DNA from: an uncultured Alphaproteobacteria bacterium
Lineage (GTDB): Bacteria > Pseudomonadota > Alphaproteobacteria > Rhodobacterales > Rhodobacteraceae
DNA length: 64,000 nucleotides
Assembly: GCA_902531755.1 (NCBI GenBank)
Contig: CACAFI010000002.1
Span: 12,321 to 76,320 of the forward strand
Direction of reading: 5' to 3'
Below the pieces are notes generated by a model, which saw nothing but the letters and a program-made list of their open reading frames with translations, was not told the DNA's origin and ran no database searches. Made by a program: the position numbers and the translations under genes. Shown here piece after piece: positions 17,011 to 26,876 of this stretch (within the stretch, counting starts at the first letter, position 1; each line of letters begins with the position of its first letter).

Positions 17011-18738
17011 TCATAACTTTAGTCCGCCGCCAACTGCTAAATAATGTATCCCAGAAATACTCTCAACATCTTGGTGTGAGAACATATTCCAACCATCATA
17101 AAATAAAGCAGGCTTGTTCATTGTTTCTAACAGACTATTAATGTTAAGATTTGTGTAGGAACTATGGTTGTTCATAATAAAAACTATGGAAGAGGACCTA
17201 AACCCATCTTCTATATTACAAGGTTTAACACCAACATTTTCTAAGTCATTTTTACTAACTACTGGATCATAACCCCAAATATTCTCAGCCTTTTGTTTCC
17301 TAAGATAGTCAAGAAACCATAAAGTAGTTGAGTCTCTAAGATCTGAAGTTACTGGGTTACCTTTGAACGCAAAACCAACAATAAAGATCTTTTCCTTGAC
17401 AAGATTTTTGTCCACACTTTTCAAAACAACGTGACATCTGTCAAAGATTTTTTTTGGGGCAGATTCGTTTATTTTTCTAGCAGCAGAAGTCACTTCACAC
17501 TGGAGTCCCACTTTAGCAAAATTATCGATGAGTATATATGGATCTTTACTTAAACAAGGGCCGCCAACTCCAGGCGAGGGTAAGGGGATTCTATTACGAT
17601 CGTACCCTATATTCACTTTATTCACGAGTTCCTTAAGGTTTAATCCCAATTTTTCAGCAAAATTCGCCATTTGATTAGCATATCCAAACATTGCATCTCT
17701 GTAAGTATTATCCAATAATTTACACATTTCGGCGGACTCAAGTGAACCAACATCAATAACAGTGTGTGTATTTTCATTGAAAAACCTAATACTTAGTTGA
17801 CGACTTGCATGATCAACTCCCCCCACTATTTGTGGAAGTTCTCTTAACTCTGTAAGTGCTCTACCTTCTGCAGTTCTTTCTGGGCAATAAGAGACAAAAA
17901 ACTCTTTTCCTGCCTTTAAACCGGATATTTGTTCAAGAATTGGTATAACTATCTCTCTTGTACATCCAACAGGTACTGTTGATCGTAGTATAACTAAATC
18001 ATCTAATTTCAATTTATTAGCAATAACCTTTACGGCATTTTTTATATATTCAGTATCTGGCTTTTTCGAATCTGGTAAAATAGGTGTGCCAACTGTTATT
18101 ATGTAAATATCAGCCAAAATTTCATCGGCAAAATAGGTTGGCTTAAGTGAATTATTTACATGCGCATTAACAAGATTCTCTAGCCCATCTTCATAAAATG
18201 GAATTTCTTTATCTTTAAGTTTATTTACTAACTCTTTATTCTTATCAAAACCCGTCACATTGAACCCATTTTCCGCTAATATGACGGCTAGAGTTAGACC
18301 TACATATCCAAGTCCCAATATCGCAACTGATCGTTGCCTTATATTGTTTGCACCCCCTTCTTTTAATCGAGAAATACCTATTAGTTTATTCTCGATATTT
18401 ACCACTGGAATAACGGTTACCCACTTGCTCAAATGTTCAAAAGCTTTCTCAGGATTGGTATCTCTGACAACTAAGGGATCTTTGTTATGAACATCTAATA
18501 TTGAATCGGTTAGGTTTTTCCCGTTAATAATTGCTCGTCTTATGTCTCCATCACTTACAACGCGTATTAAAGTTCCCTTTTTATTAATTACCAAACATAA
18601 GCGTTCTTTACCTTTTTCAATAACTTGCATTGAACTAACAATGGTAGATTTTTCTGAAACACAAAGGTGCTCGAATTTTTTATCTACTTGTATAAGTGAC
18701 TTTTTTTCGGGGCTTTTCTTTTTTTCCAACTCTTTCAT
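17011..18738 (-). CDS. CBS-pair domain fused to nucleotide-sugar dehydrogenase (UDP-ManNAc/GlcNAc dehydrogenase-like)
   Basis: The N-terminal ~135 aa are CBS-like (VVSDGDIRRAI..., IPVVNIENKLIGISRLKEG). They are followed by VAILGLGYVGLTLAVILAENGFNVTGFD and the GGPCLSKDP catalytic region. The track ORF starts at GTG 18756; ATG at 18738 has a better AAGGA spacing. Confidence 0.8.
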   Translation of the reverse strand: MKELEKKKSPEKKSLIQVDKKFEHLCVSEKSTIVSSMQVIEKGKERLCLVINKKGTLIRVVSDGDIRRAIINGKNLTDSILDVHNKDPLVVRDTNPEKAFEHLSKWVTVIPVVNIENKLIGISRLKEGGANNIRQRSVAILGLGYVGLTLAVILAENGFNVTGFDKNKELVNKLKDKEIPFYEDGLENLVNAHVNNSLKPTYFADEILADIYIITVGTPILPDSKKPDTEYIKNAVKVIANKLKLDDLVILRSTVPVGCTREIVIPILEQISGLKAGKEFFVSYCPERTAEGRALTELRELPQIVGGVDHASRQLSIRFFNENTHTVIDVGSLESAEMCKLLDNTYRDAMFGYANQMANFAEKLGLNLKELVNKVNIGYDRNRIPLPSPGVGGPCLSKDPYILIDNFAKVGLQCEVTSAARKINESAPKKIFDRCHVVLKSVDKNLVKEKIFIVGFAFKGNPVTSDLRDSTTLWFLDYLRKQKAENIWGYDPVVSKNDLENVGVKPCNIEDGFRSSSIVFIMNNHSSYTNLNINSLLETMNKPALFYDGWNMFSHQDVESISGIHYLAVGGGLKL

Positions 18739-18900
18739 TTTTGTCCTTGATGACACATTTCAATAAACGTAACCAATATAAAGTGTCTCTTTGCCAGGAA
18801 TAAAATAGGCACCGATTACAAAAAAACTTTTATACTTCATAATCAAAATTCATTAATCTAATTGCCAAGAATTAATTCACTTTTAAACCAATACAAATTT

Positions 18901-19539
18901 TTATTTACCTATCATTATTGGTTTAGCTGGAACGCCCACTTGCGTCTGATTTTTTTCTATTATGCTCTTAACAACAGTCGCACCAGCTCCTATTCTCGTC
19001 CCTTGTGCCAGTGTTTTCTTCTCGACAATTGTCGCATTTGAACCGATAAATACTTTGTCTAAAACTTCACATCTTCCACAAATAATTGCTCCTGGTGCAA
19101 CCTCGCAGAAATTGCCGATTGAAGTTTCATGTTCGATATTTGCGTAGCTGTTGATGATATTAAAATCACCTATCTCTACTTCAGGTCCGATATTAGCAAA
19201 AGGACCAATAAAATTACCGCGTCCAATTTTTGCCGATTTATCAATAAGAGCACTATTATGAATAATATTAATAGTCTCAAAAGATCTTAACGTAGAATCT
19301 AATCTAAGCTCATATCGAAGCCTACCATCTCCAACAGCGATAAAAATGTAAGTATCAGAAGCTTTATATCTGGAAAGTAAACTAATAGAGCCTAAAATAG
19401 GCACGCCTAATATTGTTTCGTTGAGACCCTTATATCCAAGGTCCAAAATTCCCAAAATATTCCACAAGCCTAAACTCTTTGCGGTAGAGATCACTGGTCT
19501 CGAGTGCCCACCGGCACCGATGATTAGCAATGAACTCAA
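18901..19539 (-). CDS. Sugar N/O-acetyltransferase, NeuD/PglD family (left-handed beta-helix)
   Basis: N-terminal LLIIGAGGHSRPVI and C-terminal hexapeptide repeats (IGDFNIINSYANIEHETSIGNFCEVAPGAII). TTG start overlapping the upstream TGA. Confidence 0.8.
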   Translation of the reverse strand: MSSLLIIGAGGHSRPVISTAKSLGLWNILGILDLGYKGLNETILGVPILGSISLLSRYKASDTYIFIAVGDGRLRYELRLDSTLRSFETINIIHNSALIDKSAKIGRGNFIGPFANIGPEVEIGDFNIINSYANIEHETSIGNFCEVAPGAIICGRCEVLDKVFIGSNATIVEKKTLAQGTRIGAGATVVKSIIEKNQTQVGVPAKPIMIGK

Positions 19540-20648
19540 AGGACACCCTCTTCAGACATAAATTTTTTCAGAAGGTTAACTACACAACTCCGTTCTTCTT
19601 GTTTCATCTCTGCCCAAATTGGTATATCAACAAATGTTTGAAAGCATTTTATAGCCTCCTTAAACTCATTCGCTTTCAATCCAAACTTCTTGAAATAAAA
19701 TGGCTGGATATGGATTGGAGGAAAAGATAAACGAGTCTCAATTTGATTTTTCTCAAAATATTTTAATAAGCAATCTCTCCTTTCCGGACTTAAATTTATA
19801 GAATAATTATACCAGCTAGGTCTCCCAACATAAGATGGGACATAAGGTGTCCGAATCCCATCTATTTTTCCGATTTCTTTAGAATAAAAGTTAGCGATAG
19901 AAACTTTTTTCTCCAATATTGTGTCAATACGCTTAAGTTGTTCTACGCCTAAGGCAGCTAAAATATCAGTCATTCTGTAATTATTACCAAGTAATGTATG
20001 GTTGTATCTACCTTCCTGCCCTTGATTTCTTATTATTTTTAGTTTTTTAAATAATTCGTGGTCATTCGTAGTAACTATCCCACCCTCACCTGTAGTTATA
20101 TTCTTGTTTGCAAAAAAACTAAAAGAATGAGCAGTAGCTTGAGAACCGACAAAGCTTCCTTTATATATGGAGCCATAAGACTCTGCGCTGTCAGATATAA
20201 AAGGAATACCTGTTTCTGAACCCAATTCTTTGAAAGCATCAAAATCTACGGGCAGGCCCTTCATATCCACTGTCATAATTGCTTTTGTATTCGAACTTAT
20301 TTTTTCTCTTACACTTTCTACTGTGACGTTATATGTCAAAGGATCATTATCACAAAAAACAGGTGTGGCCCCTTGATAAAGAACGACATTAGCCGACGAT
20401 ATATAGGTCAATGTTGGGATAATTACTTCATCTCCAGGACCAATATCAAGTGCCATAAGTATAGCATGCAAGGTTGAAGTTCCATTATTCATAGCAATCG
20501 AATATCTGGACCCAGTATATTCACAAACCATATTTTCAAACTCTTGTACTTTTTTACCCATACTAATCCAACCAGACTTCACAACGTCATAAACCGCTCT
20601 TGCTTCTTCTTCTTTTATAACTGGAGATGCTACTGGAATATATTTCAT
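19536..20648 (-). CDS. DegT/DnrJ/EryC1/StrS family PLP-dependent sugar aminotransferase (PseC/PglE/LegC-like)
   Basis: 370 aa, with SFFANKNITTGEGG around the PLP-lysine and family-typical N-terminal region. Confidence 0.85.
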   Translation of the reverse strand: MKYIPVASPVIKEEEARAVYDVVKSGWISMGKKVQEFENMVCEYTGSRYSIAMNNGTSTLHAILMALDIGPGDEVIIPTLTYISSANVVLYQGATPVFCDNDPLTYNVTVESVREKISSNTKAIMTVDMKGLPVDFDAFKELGSETGIPFISDSAESYGSIYKGSFVGSQATAHSFSFFANKNITTGEGGIVTTNDHELFKKLKIIRNQGQEGRYNHTLLGNNYRMTDILAALGVEQLKRIDTILEKKVSIANFYSKEIGKIDGIRTPYVPSYVGRPSWYNYSINLSPERRDCLLKYFEKNQIETRLSFPPIHIQPFYFKKFGLKANEFKEAIKCFQTFVDIPIWAEMKQEERSCVVNLLKKFMSEEGVL

Positions 20649-20845
20649 TCTATATTATTTTATTTTCCTAATTTTATCGCATGCGCAGAAAATTTAACAA
20701 AGAAACAATCCAAAGAAATTTAAAGATATCCGCTATTCAAGCCCTAGACACTACTTTATAAATCTTTTGACTTCTTTTATATGGCTTTTTTAATATAACT
20801 TTTCTACTTATTTATACTACTATTTTCCAATTTTAAGATCTCTAG

Positions 20846-21742
20846 CTAGGAAATTGCTTCGTTTACCAAATAAACACTATGCTTTAACTCTTCTAAATTT
20901 GAATTTCTTGCTTCTATACAGTAAATCCTTTCTGCGTTATTTTCGAGTTTAGTTTGCTCAATTAATTTTATAGCATTCAACTGCCAACTTTTTTCTTTAA
21001 TAGCCAGATGTTCATCCAAGATACCGTTATTTTCTGATAGATGTACTTCGAAAACTCTATCGGCAAATGCCTCAAGATATTTATATAGAAATAATTCACG
21101 ATTAAAATCTCTAATTTTACTAGAAACATTCAAATGACCCAAATCTAGAAGAAGACCTACTCCCTTTGGGGTCTGCATCATAAACTCACATATCTCGTCA
21201 AAAGTACAACACAATGAATGATTATTATCTGGCTCTGGAAATAAATTCTCTACAAGTAATTTTACTCGCCTTCTTTTAAATTGGCTTGCAAAGTTAGAAA
21301 TAAACATGACGGCATTATCAAGCGCATTGGAATATGAACTTACTTTATTCGTAAATACAAAATTGCCTTTCTCAACTCTCGTTGCTTGGGATAAGTATCC
21401 AGGGTGAAGCCCATAAAGTGGAGAACTAATTAAACAAGATAATTCCAAAGCATTTGTCACTAATGTTTTAGCCCTTTGAATATCAATTTTATCATGTGAT
21501 GCTATATTCAATATAAATTCGTTTTTGGGTGCAGGAAAATAGTTATGTAATGTTATTTCACACCCTAAGTTTCGAAACCTAACTAAGGTCTCTTTAAGTT
21601 CTTCTATTGACTGGTATTGATGAGGAGCGGAAACCTCTATTCTTTTCACACCAATTTCTAAACACTGTTTAAAGGCTGAAGACACGGAAGTGTTTTGGAA
21701 ACAACTTGTTGAAAGATAGCAAGTCAAGTAATCAAATTTCAA
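20846..21742 (-). CDS. Sugar phosphate isomerase/epimerase (xylose isomerase-like TIM barrel)
   Basis: LLDLGHLN and FEVHLSENNGILDEHL metal-site motifs. The TTG start overlaps the upstream gene by 11 nt; an alternative TTG lies at 21727. Confidence 0.7.
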   Translation of the reverse strand: MKFDYLTCYLSTSCFQNTSVSSAFKQCLEIGVKRIEVSAPHQYQSIEELKETLVRFRNLGCEITLHNYFPAPKNEFILNIASHDKIDIQRAKTLVTNALELSCLISSPLYGLHPGYLSQATRVEKGNFVFTNKVSSYSNALDNAVMFISNFASQFKRRRVKLLVENLFPEPDNNHSLCCTFDEICEFMMQTPKGVGLLLDLGHLNVSSKIRDFNRELFLYKYLEAFADRVFEVHLSENNGILDEHLAIKEKSWQLNAIKLIEQTKLENNAERIYCIEARNSNLEELKHSVYLVNEAIS

Positions 21743-22727
21743 TTAGTGATTTAGTCTCTACAGATTTATAAGCTGCTAGTATTAATTCCATAGTCTCTAT
21801 GCCATCTTGTAAAGAAGCCAAGGGACTTTCGGATCCTTTACAACATCTTATGAAATGCTTCAACTCGTCTATATAGTTGAGGTTAAAATCTGAAGAAAAT
21901 TTTTGGTACACAGAGGTTATTTTCTTTTCTGAACAGTAATGTGTTACTTTATTATCACCTGAATTCCAATATATATTGCCTTTTTCTCCCTTTATTTCCA
22001 GTTCCTTTTTGTGATCACGTCCAAACATATCAGTGTGAATAGATGCTACAATTCCATTTTTTAAAGTTACAGTTAATTCAGAGAAATCATCTGAATTAAC
22101 CTCTAGGCTACTTAGATTACCATTAAGAGCATAAACACTTTTGAATCCACCAAATAAAAAATGTATAAGATCCATTATATGGCTTTGGTCTAATATCGAA
22201 CCTCCTCCTTGCTTCTTCTCTGCCATATAAAAAGATCTATAATCTTCGTAAGGATGCCAATCTGGTAGATATTCTGAGAACTCACCTCTCACAAAAAGAA
22301 CCTTTCCAACAGCTTGATTTTTTATTAGTTCCTTGACTTTCAACGTTAAGGGAGAGAAGCGAAAAATATAAGCCATTAACACAACTACATTATTTTTTTC
22401 TATAGTGTCTTTAAACTTATCAATGTCCTCCAGGTTATCCGCTAACGGCTTTTCCATCAATATATGAATGCCTTTTTGCGCCAGTGTTATTCCTTGGCTT
22501 ATATGCAAATTGGTTGGAGAGCATATTATCCCTGCATCAAAACTTCCTGAAACCAATGCTGTTTCTAGATTTGAATATGTAGCTTTTACACCAATATTTG
22601 TTACCTCCTGCAATCTATCTTCACGAGGATCAACTGCAGTTATTTCTGAGGGGCTTACTCCAATAGAAATTAAATTTCGAATGTGCCTCTTTCCAATCGA
22701 TCCAGCTCCAATACAGATAAACTTCAT
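21732..22727 (-). CDS. Gfo/Idh/MocA family oxidoreductase
   Basis: MKFICIGAGSIGKRH Rossmann motif and the EKP motif MEKPLA. Confidence 0.8.
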   Translation of the reverse strand: MKFICIGAGSIGKRHIRNLISIGVSPSEITAVDPREDRLQEVTNIGVKATYSNLETALVSGSFDAGIICSPTNLHISQGITLAQKGIHILMEKPLADNLEDIDKFKDTIEKNNVVVLMAYIFRFSPLTLKVKELIKNQAVGKVLFVRGEFSEYLPDWHPYEDYRSFYMAEKKQGGGSILDQSHIMDLIHFLFGGFKSVYALNGNLSSLEVNSDDFSELTVTLKNGIVASIHTDMFGRDHKKELEIKGEKGNIYWNSGDNKVTHYCSEKKITSVYQKFSSDFNLNYIDELKHFIRCCKGSESPLASLQDGIETMELILAAYKSVETKSLIEI

Positions 22728-22754
22728 GTCAAAATCTCCTTTTAATAATAATTT

Positions 22755-23807
22755 TTAAACACTAAGAAAGTCATCCAAAGATAATGGTGTTCCTTCTCCT
22801 ATTGGTCTCGACAATTTTTTTCCGACAAGCATTGGTAGAAAAGAAGGAGGCAATCCATTGCCAGGTCTCATTACTTTTACTAACGCCTCATGAAACTTTT
22901 CTCCTTCTTTTATATCTCTAGATGCTATCAAACTTCGTCTTAAGACCTTTGACGTATTCTCTTCTTCCTTAGTTTGGAATTTGAGATACGAGCCTAACGC
23001 TAATTTACACTCCCTCAGATCAAATATGAGCGCTTTAAGTTCAGATGGTTCTAACGAAGCTTTCTGGTCTATTCCGGGCAACTTTCTTGACAAGGTAAAG
23101 TGTTTCTCAATAGCGACTGCTCCCAGAGCAATAGCTGCAATGGAGGTTGTGTTTGTAGGAGTGTGATCCGAAAGACCAACGGGGACGTCAAAAACTCTTT
23201 GATATGTATTAAGCACCCGCAAGTTTGCGTTTTCGGGCTTCGATGGGTAGTTAGAGGTACATTGAAATAAAAGGAGAGGAGATTTAGAGCGTTGGAATAT
23301 TTTAACAGCCTCAATCACCTCGTTAAAGCTTGCCATACCCGACGAGAGTAGAACAGGCAGTTTACTATCTGCTAATTCCTCTAAAAATGGAATATTGGTT
23401 AAATTACAAGAGCTAACCTTTATAGCTTCGAGTTTAAGAGAAATAAGATCTCTAAGACTCCAAACTTCAAAAGGCGTTGATAGAAAGTCAATTTTTTCTT
23501 TTTTACAGTAATCAAAAAGATCCGAAGTTTGCTCCAAAGTTATTTCGCAACTCTTTATTATCTCTTTCTGGCTCTTATCCGAAAACTGATCCTGTTTTTG
23601 ATAGTCAGCTTTACCTGCACTTGGTGAAATATACTTATCTACGGAAAAGCTTTGTAACTTTACGCAATCAGCTCCACTCTCTTTTGCAGCATCAATCATT
23701 TCTTTAGCTAAGTGTATATCACCGTTATGGTTTATACCTATTTCTGCGATAACATATGGATTAGTGCTTTTTAAAATTTTATCTATCATATTCTTCCCAT
23801 TATTCAT
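22755..23807 (-). CDS. neuB: N-acylneuraminate/nonulosonate synthase (NeuB/PseI/LegI family) with C-terminal SAF domain
   Basis: IAEIGINHNGDIHLAKEMIDAAKESGADCVKLQ, GLSDHT, and a C-terminal SAF-like LIASRDIKEGEKF. Confidence 0.9.
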   Translation of the reverse strand: MNNGKNMIDKILKSTNPYVIAEIGINHNGDIHLAKEMIDAAKESGADCVKLQSFSVDKYISPSAGKADYQKQDQFSDKSQKEIIKSCEITLEQTSDLFDYCKKEKIDFLSTPFEVWSLRDLISLKLEAIKVSSCNLTNIPFLEELADSKLPVLLSSGMASFNEVIEAVKIFQRSKSPLLLFQCTSNYPSKPENANLRVLNTYQRVFDVPVGLSDHTPTNTTSIAAIALGAVAIEKHFTLSRKLPGIDQKASLEPSELKALIFDLRECKLALGSYLKFQTKEEENTSKVLRRSLIASRDIKEGEKFHEALVKVMRPGNGLPPSFLPMLVGKKLSRPIGEGTPLSLDDFLSV

Positions 23808-23956
23808 TTATCAATTTCCAATGTAATAAATTTATTTTTCAACTTGCTTGTGGTTTTTTGATATTAACTAACTTTACCAGTCGGCCGTTTAAAAAATTTA
23901 TAAACCTCGTCCTTTCTAAGCCCATTTTTCATCATAAGTAAATATATTAACAAAAT

Positions 23957-25744
23957 TTAAACGATTTTCTTTATTTCCAAAATTTCACTATATTTACCTA
24001 TCCTCACAATTTTCCCATCTTCAATCTCTATAATTGAATCACACCCATTTAACGTACTCAGCCTGTGAGCAATAATCACAATAGTGATTTTGTCATAAAC
24101 TTTAGAAATTTGTTCCATAACTTGATATTCCGTTTTATTATCAAGTGAACTAGTTGCCTCATCAAAAATAATAATACCTGCATTCTTATAAAGCGCTCTG
24201 GCAATTCCAATCCTTTGTCTTTGACCACCAGATAGCCTAATACCTCTTTCCCCAACGATCGTCTTATAACGATCAGGCATTGACTCAATCGTTTCTGATA
24301 TTTGAGCTCGCAGTGCTACCTCTTTTATTAAGTCATGGTCAATCTTATCTTCTGGCACTCCGAACGCTATATTTTCTTCAACAGTAGTATCGGATAAATA
24401 AATGAATTGAGGTACATGTGCTATGTTTTTTTGCCAGGCACGCATAGTCTTTTTATCGATTTTATTTCCGTCAACTTTTAGTACCCCGCAAGTTGGACTT
24501 AAAAGACCCATAATAATATCAAGCAAAGTACTTTTTCCGCTTCCTGTAGTACCGATAATTCCTAATTTTGTCCCCTTCGGGATAGTTAAATTAATCTTAT
24601 TTAAAACATTGGGTAGCCCTTCTTTATATTTAAAGTCAATGTTCTCAAGGTCTATAGACTTCTTGAAGCTTAAAGGCTCAACTTTTTCGTTTGCAAGGTC
24701 TGGTAGAGTTTGTTGTAAAAGTTCCACGACATCTTTTAGAGAAGCATAACTTCCTATTAAACTAGACCAAGAAAAATAAATTTGTTGTACGGCGGGAAGC
24801 ATACGTTGTGCACCAAATGCTAACGTTCCGAGAACGGGAATTACAGAATTACTCCCCTCAGCTCGGTTAACAAGTAAAAATGCCAAGACTGATATAAGAA
24901 CCATGCCAATCGCCTCTATTACAAATCGGGGAGACGCCGATATAAATCCGTTTACGCTTTGGGCACTTGAAGTTGATCGAATGGCCTGATTATAAATTTT
25001 GCAATAAACCTCTTGGCTACCATCAATCAATACATCCCGAATTCCACCTAAACCCTCCTGTAATGTTTTCACTACTCTATCGGTCTCCCTCGCTATGATT
25101 TTGCTATTATTTCTAAGACGTTTTCTGATGATTTTTACAATAACTAGATAAACAGATCCGAAAGCTATTAATGCTGAAAAAGCTACAAATGGGTCTATTA
25201 ATATTAAAGCCGACATTATCGAAATAAGAATAACACCAGAGGTTATAATGTTTACTAATGGGAGTATACAATTACCAACAGCGCTATCTGTTTTATTATA
25301 TGCGGTATTTATTATACTGCTACTGTTTCGAGACACGTGAAAAGAGTATGGTTGATATAAAGTATGACGATAAACTTTTTCACTCAAATCTGCACCTGCA
25401 GCATATACCGCTCTGAGATTTACCCAAGTCTGAAAAAGTCTCATCCCTCCTGCAAAAATTGCCGCCAAACCGAAAGAAATGGCTAACGGTAGCAATATTT
25501 CTTCAGGACTATTAATATCTAAAAATAGAAAAATTGGTTTTAGTGATGCTCTAGAAAAGATTAAATTGGGATCTGTTAAAGCAGTCAAAAAGGGAATTAA
25601 AGCACCGATACTCAATAGTTCTGAAAATGACGTGAAAATCGTCAAAATTAAAACAAGTAAAAAGTGAACCTTTCTACGCTTAGTTAAGCTTTTCCATATC
25701 TGGTTAATTAAGTAAATTAAAGTTTGTTGAGATTTATTTTTCAT
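23957..25744 (-). CDS. ABC exporter, fused permease/ATPase (MsbA-like)
   Basis: Six-TM N-terminal half, Walker A GTTGSGKST, signature LSGGQRQR, Walker B IIIFDEATS. Confidence 0.9.
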   Translation of the reverse strand: MKNKSQQTLIYLINQIWKSLTKRRKVHFLLVLILTIFTSFSELLSIGALIPFLTALTDPNLIFSRASLKPIFLFLDINSPEEILLPLAISFGLAAIFAGGMRLFQTWVNLRAVYAAGADLSEKVYRHTLYQPYSFHVSRNSSSIINTAYNKTDSAVGNCILPLVNIITSGVILISIMSALILIDPFVAFSALIAFGSVYLVIVKIIRKRLRNNSKIIARETDRVVKTLQEGLGGIRDVLIDGSQEVYCKIYNQAIRSTSSAQSVNGFISASPRFVIEAIGMVLISVLAFLLVNRAEGSNSVIPVLGTLAFGAQRMLPAVQQIYFSWSSLIGSYASLKDVVELLQQTLPDLANEKVEPLSFKKSIDLENIDFKYKEGLPNVLNKINLTIPKGTKLGIIGTTGSGKSTLLDIIMGLLSPTCGVLKVDGNKIDKKTMRAWQKNIAHVPQFIYLSDTTVEENIAFGVPEDKIDHDLIKEVALRAQISETIESMPDRYKTIVGERGIRLSGGQRQRIGIARALYKNAGIIIFDEATSSLDNKTEYQVMEQISKVYDKITIVIIAHRLSTLNGCDSIIEIEDGKIVRIGKYSEILEIKKIV

Positions 25745-25794
25745 TTTTTTTGTTCTACAAACCTTCCCGACAAAGGTCTTCTAAATTTACTTAT

Positions 25795-26868
25795 CTACAT
25801 TTGCAGGTTATTTATGTACCAAGGTATTGACTCTTTCAAGCCTTCATCAAGATCCTTTTGAGGATTATAACCAAGTAATCTTTTTGCTTTCTCTATGTTT
25901 GCAAGAGAATTTCTTACGTCACCAGCTCTGAAATCGGAATAAACAGGTTTTTGTACATACTCTATTTTGCCTTGCCTGAGAGTGTTTTTTATTTTATGGA
26001 ACAATTGATTTAGAGAGGTCTGCGTTCCTTTGGCAACATTGAATACTTCATTTTCCAATCCTACTTTTTCTGATGTAGCCGCTAAGATATTAGCCTGAAT
26101 GGCATTTTCTACATAACAAAAATCTCTAGTAGTTTCTCCATCCCCATAAATACTAACAGCATCCCCATTTAGAATTTTCTTTGTCCATTTTGGTATGACT
26201 GCAGCATAGCCTCCCCCAGGATCTTGTCTTTTCCCAAAGACATTAAAATATCGAAGTCCAATTAATTTTAGTCCAAAATGCCTCGCAAAATTGCTTGCAT
26301 ATAATTCGTTTACATATTTACTAACGGCGTAGGGAGATAGAGGTGACCCGATCTTATATTCAACCTTTGGCATGCTAACGGAGTCACCATAAACAGAGCT
26401 ACTGGACGCATATACAAAAGATTTTACTTTAGAGTCACGGGCAGCCGTAAGAAGGTTTAGAAACCCCTCAACATTAGACTTATTTGTATTAATAGGATCT
26501 TCAATGCTGCGAGGAACCGACCCTAATGCTGCTTGATGCAAAACAAAATCAACATCTTTTTGATTTGAATAAGAATTCTCTTCATCCATTTCGCTACCAC
26601 CTCTCCATTTCATCGAAGCGTAGCAATCCTCAATTCTACAGATGTCTCCTTCGATAAAATGGAAATTTTTCCAGAAACTAGCCCCTACTACTTTCCTTAC
26701 ATCATTTAAATTTTTTTTGTAGCCAGTTGAAAAATTATCAATGCCTATAACACGCTGATTTAACTCTAATAATACCTCTAATAAATTGCTTCCAATAAAA
26801 CCAGCAACGCCTGTCACTAGCCAAGTCGCTGGCTTTTCTTCCAATTTCTTTTTTATTTTAAGATACAT
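25795..26868 (-). CDS. NAD-dependent UDP-sugar 4-epimerase, WbpP/TviC-like
   Basis: WLVTGVAGFIGSNLLE and YAVSK catalytic motif. Immediately downstream of a WbpO/TviB-like dehydrogenase. Confidence 0.8.
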   Translation of the reverse strand: MYLKIKKKLEEKPATWLVTGVAGFIGSNLLEVLLELNQRVIGIDNFSTGYKKNLNDVRKVVGASFWKNFHFIEGDICRIEDCYASMKWRGGSEMDEENSYSNQKDVDFVLHQAALGSVPRSIEDPINTNKSNVEGFLNLLTAARDSKVKSFVYASSSSVYGDSVSMPKVEYKIGSPLSPYAVSKYVNELYASNFARHFGLKLIGLRYFNVFGKRQDPGGGYAAVIPKWTKKILNGDAVSIYGDGETTRDFCYVENAIQANILAATSEKVGLENEVFNVAKGTQTSLNQLFHKIKNTLRQGKIEYVQKPVYSDFRAGDVRNSLANIEKAKRLLGYNPQKDLDEGLKESIPWYINNLQM

Positions 26869-26876
26869 TGGTTATC

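Noticed and set aside
19481-19487. Second GCGGTAG heptamer
   Set aside because: It lies on the plus strand inside the minus-strand acetyltransferase CDS, which is the template strand for that operon. This is consistent with the roughly one chance occurrence expected.
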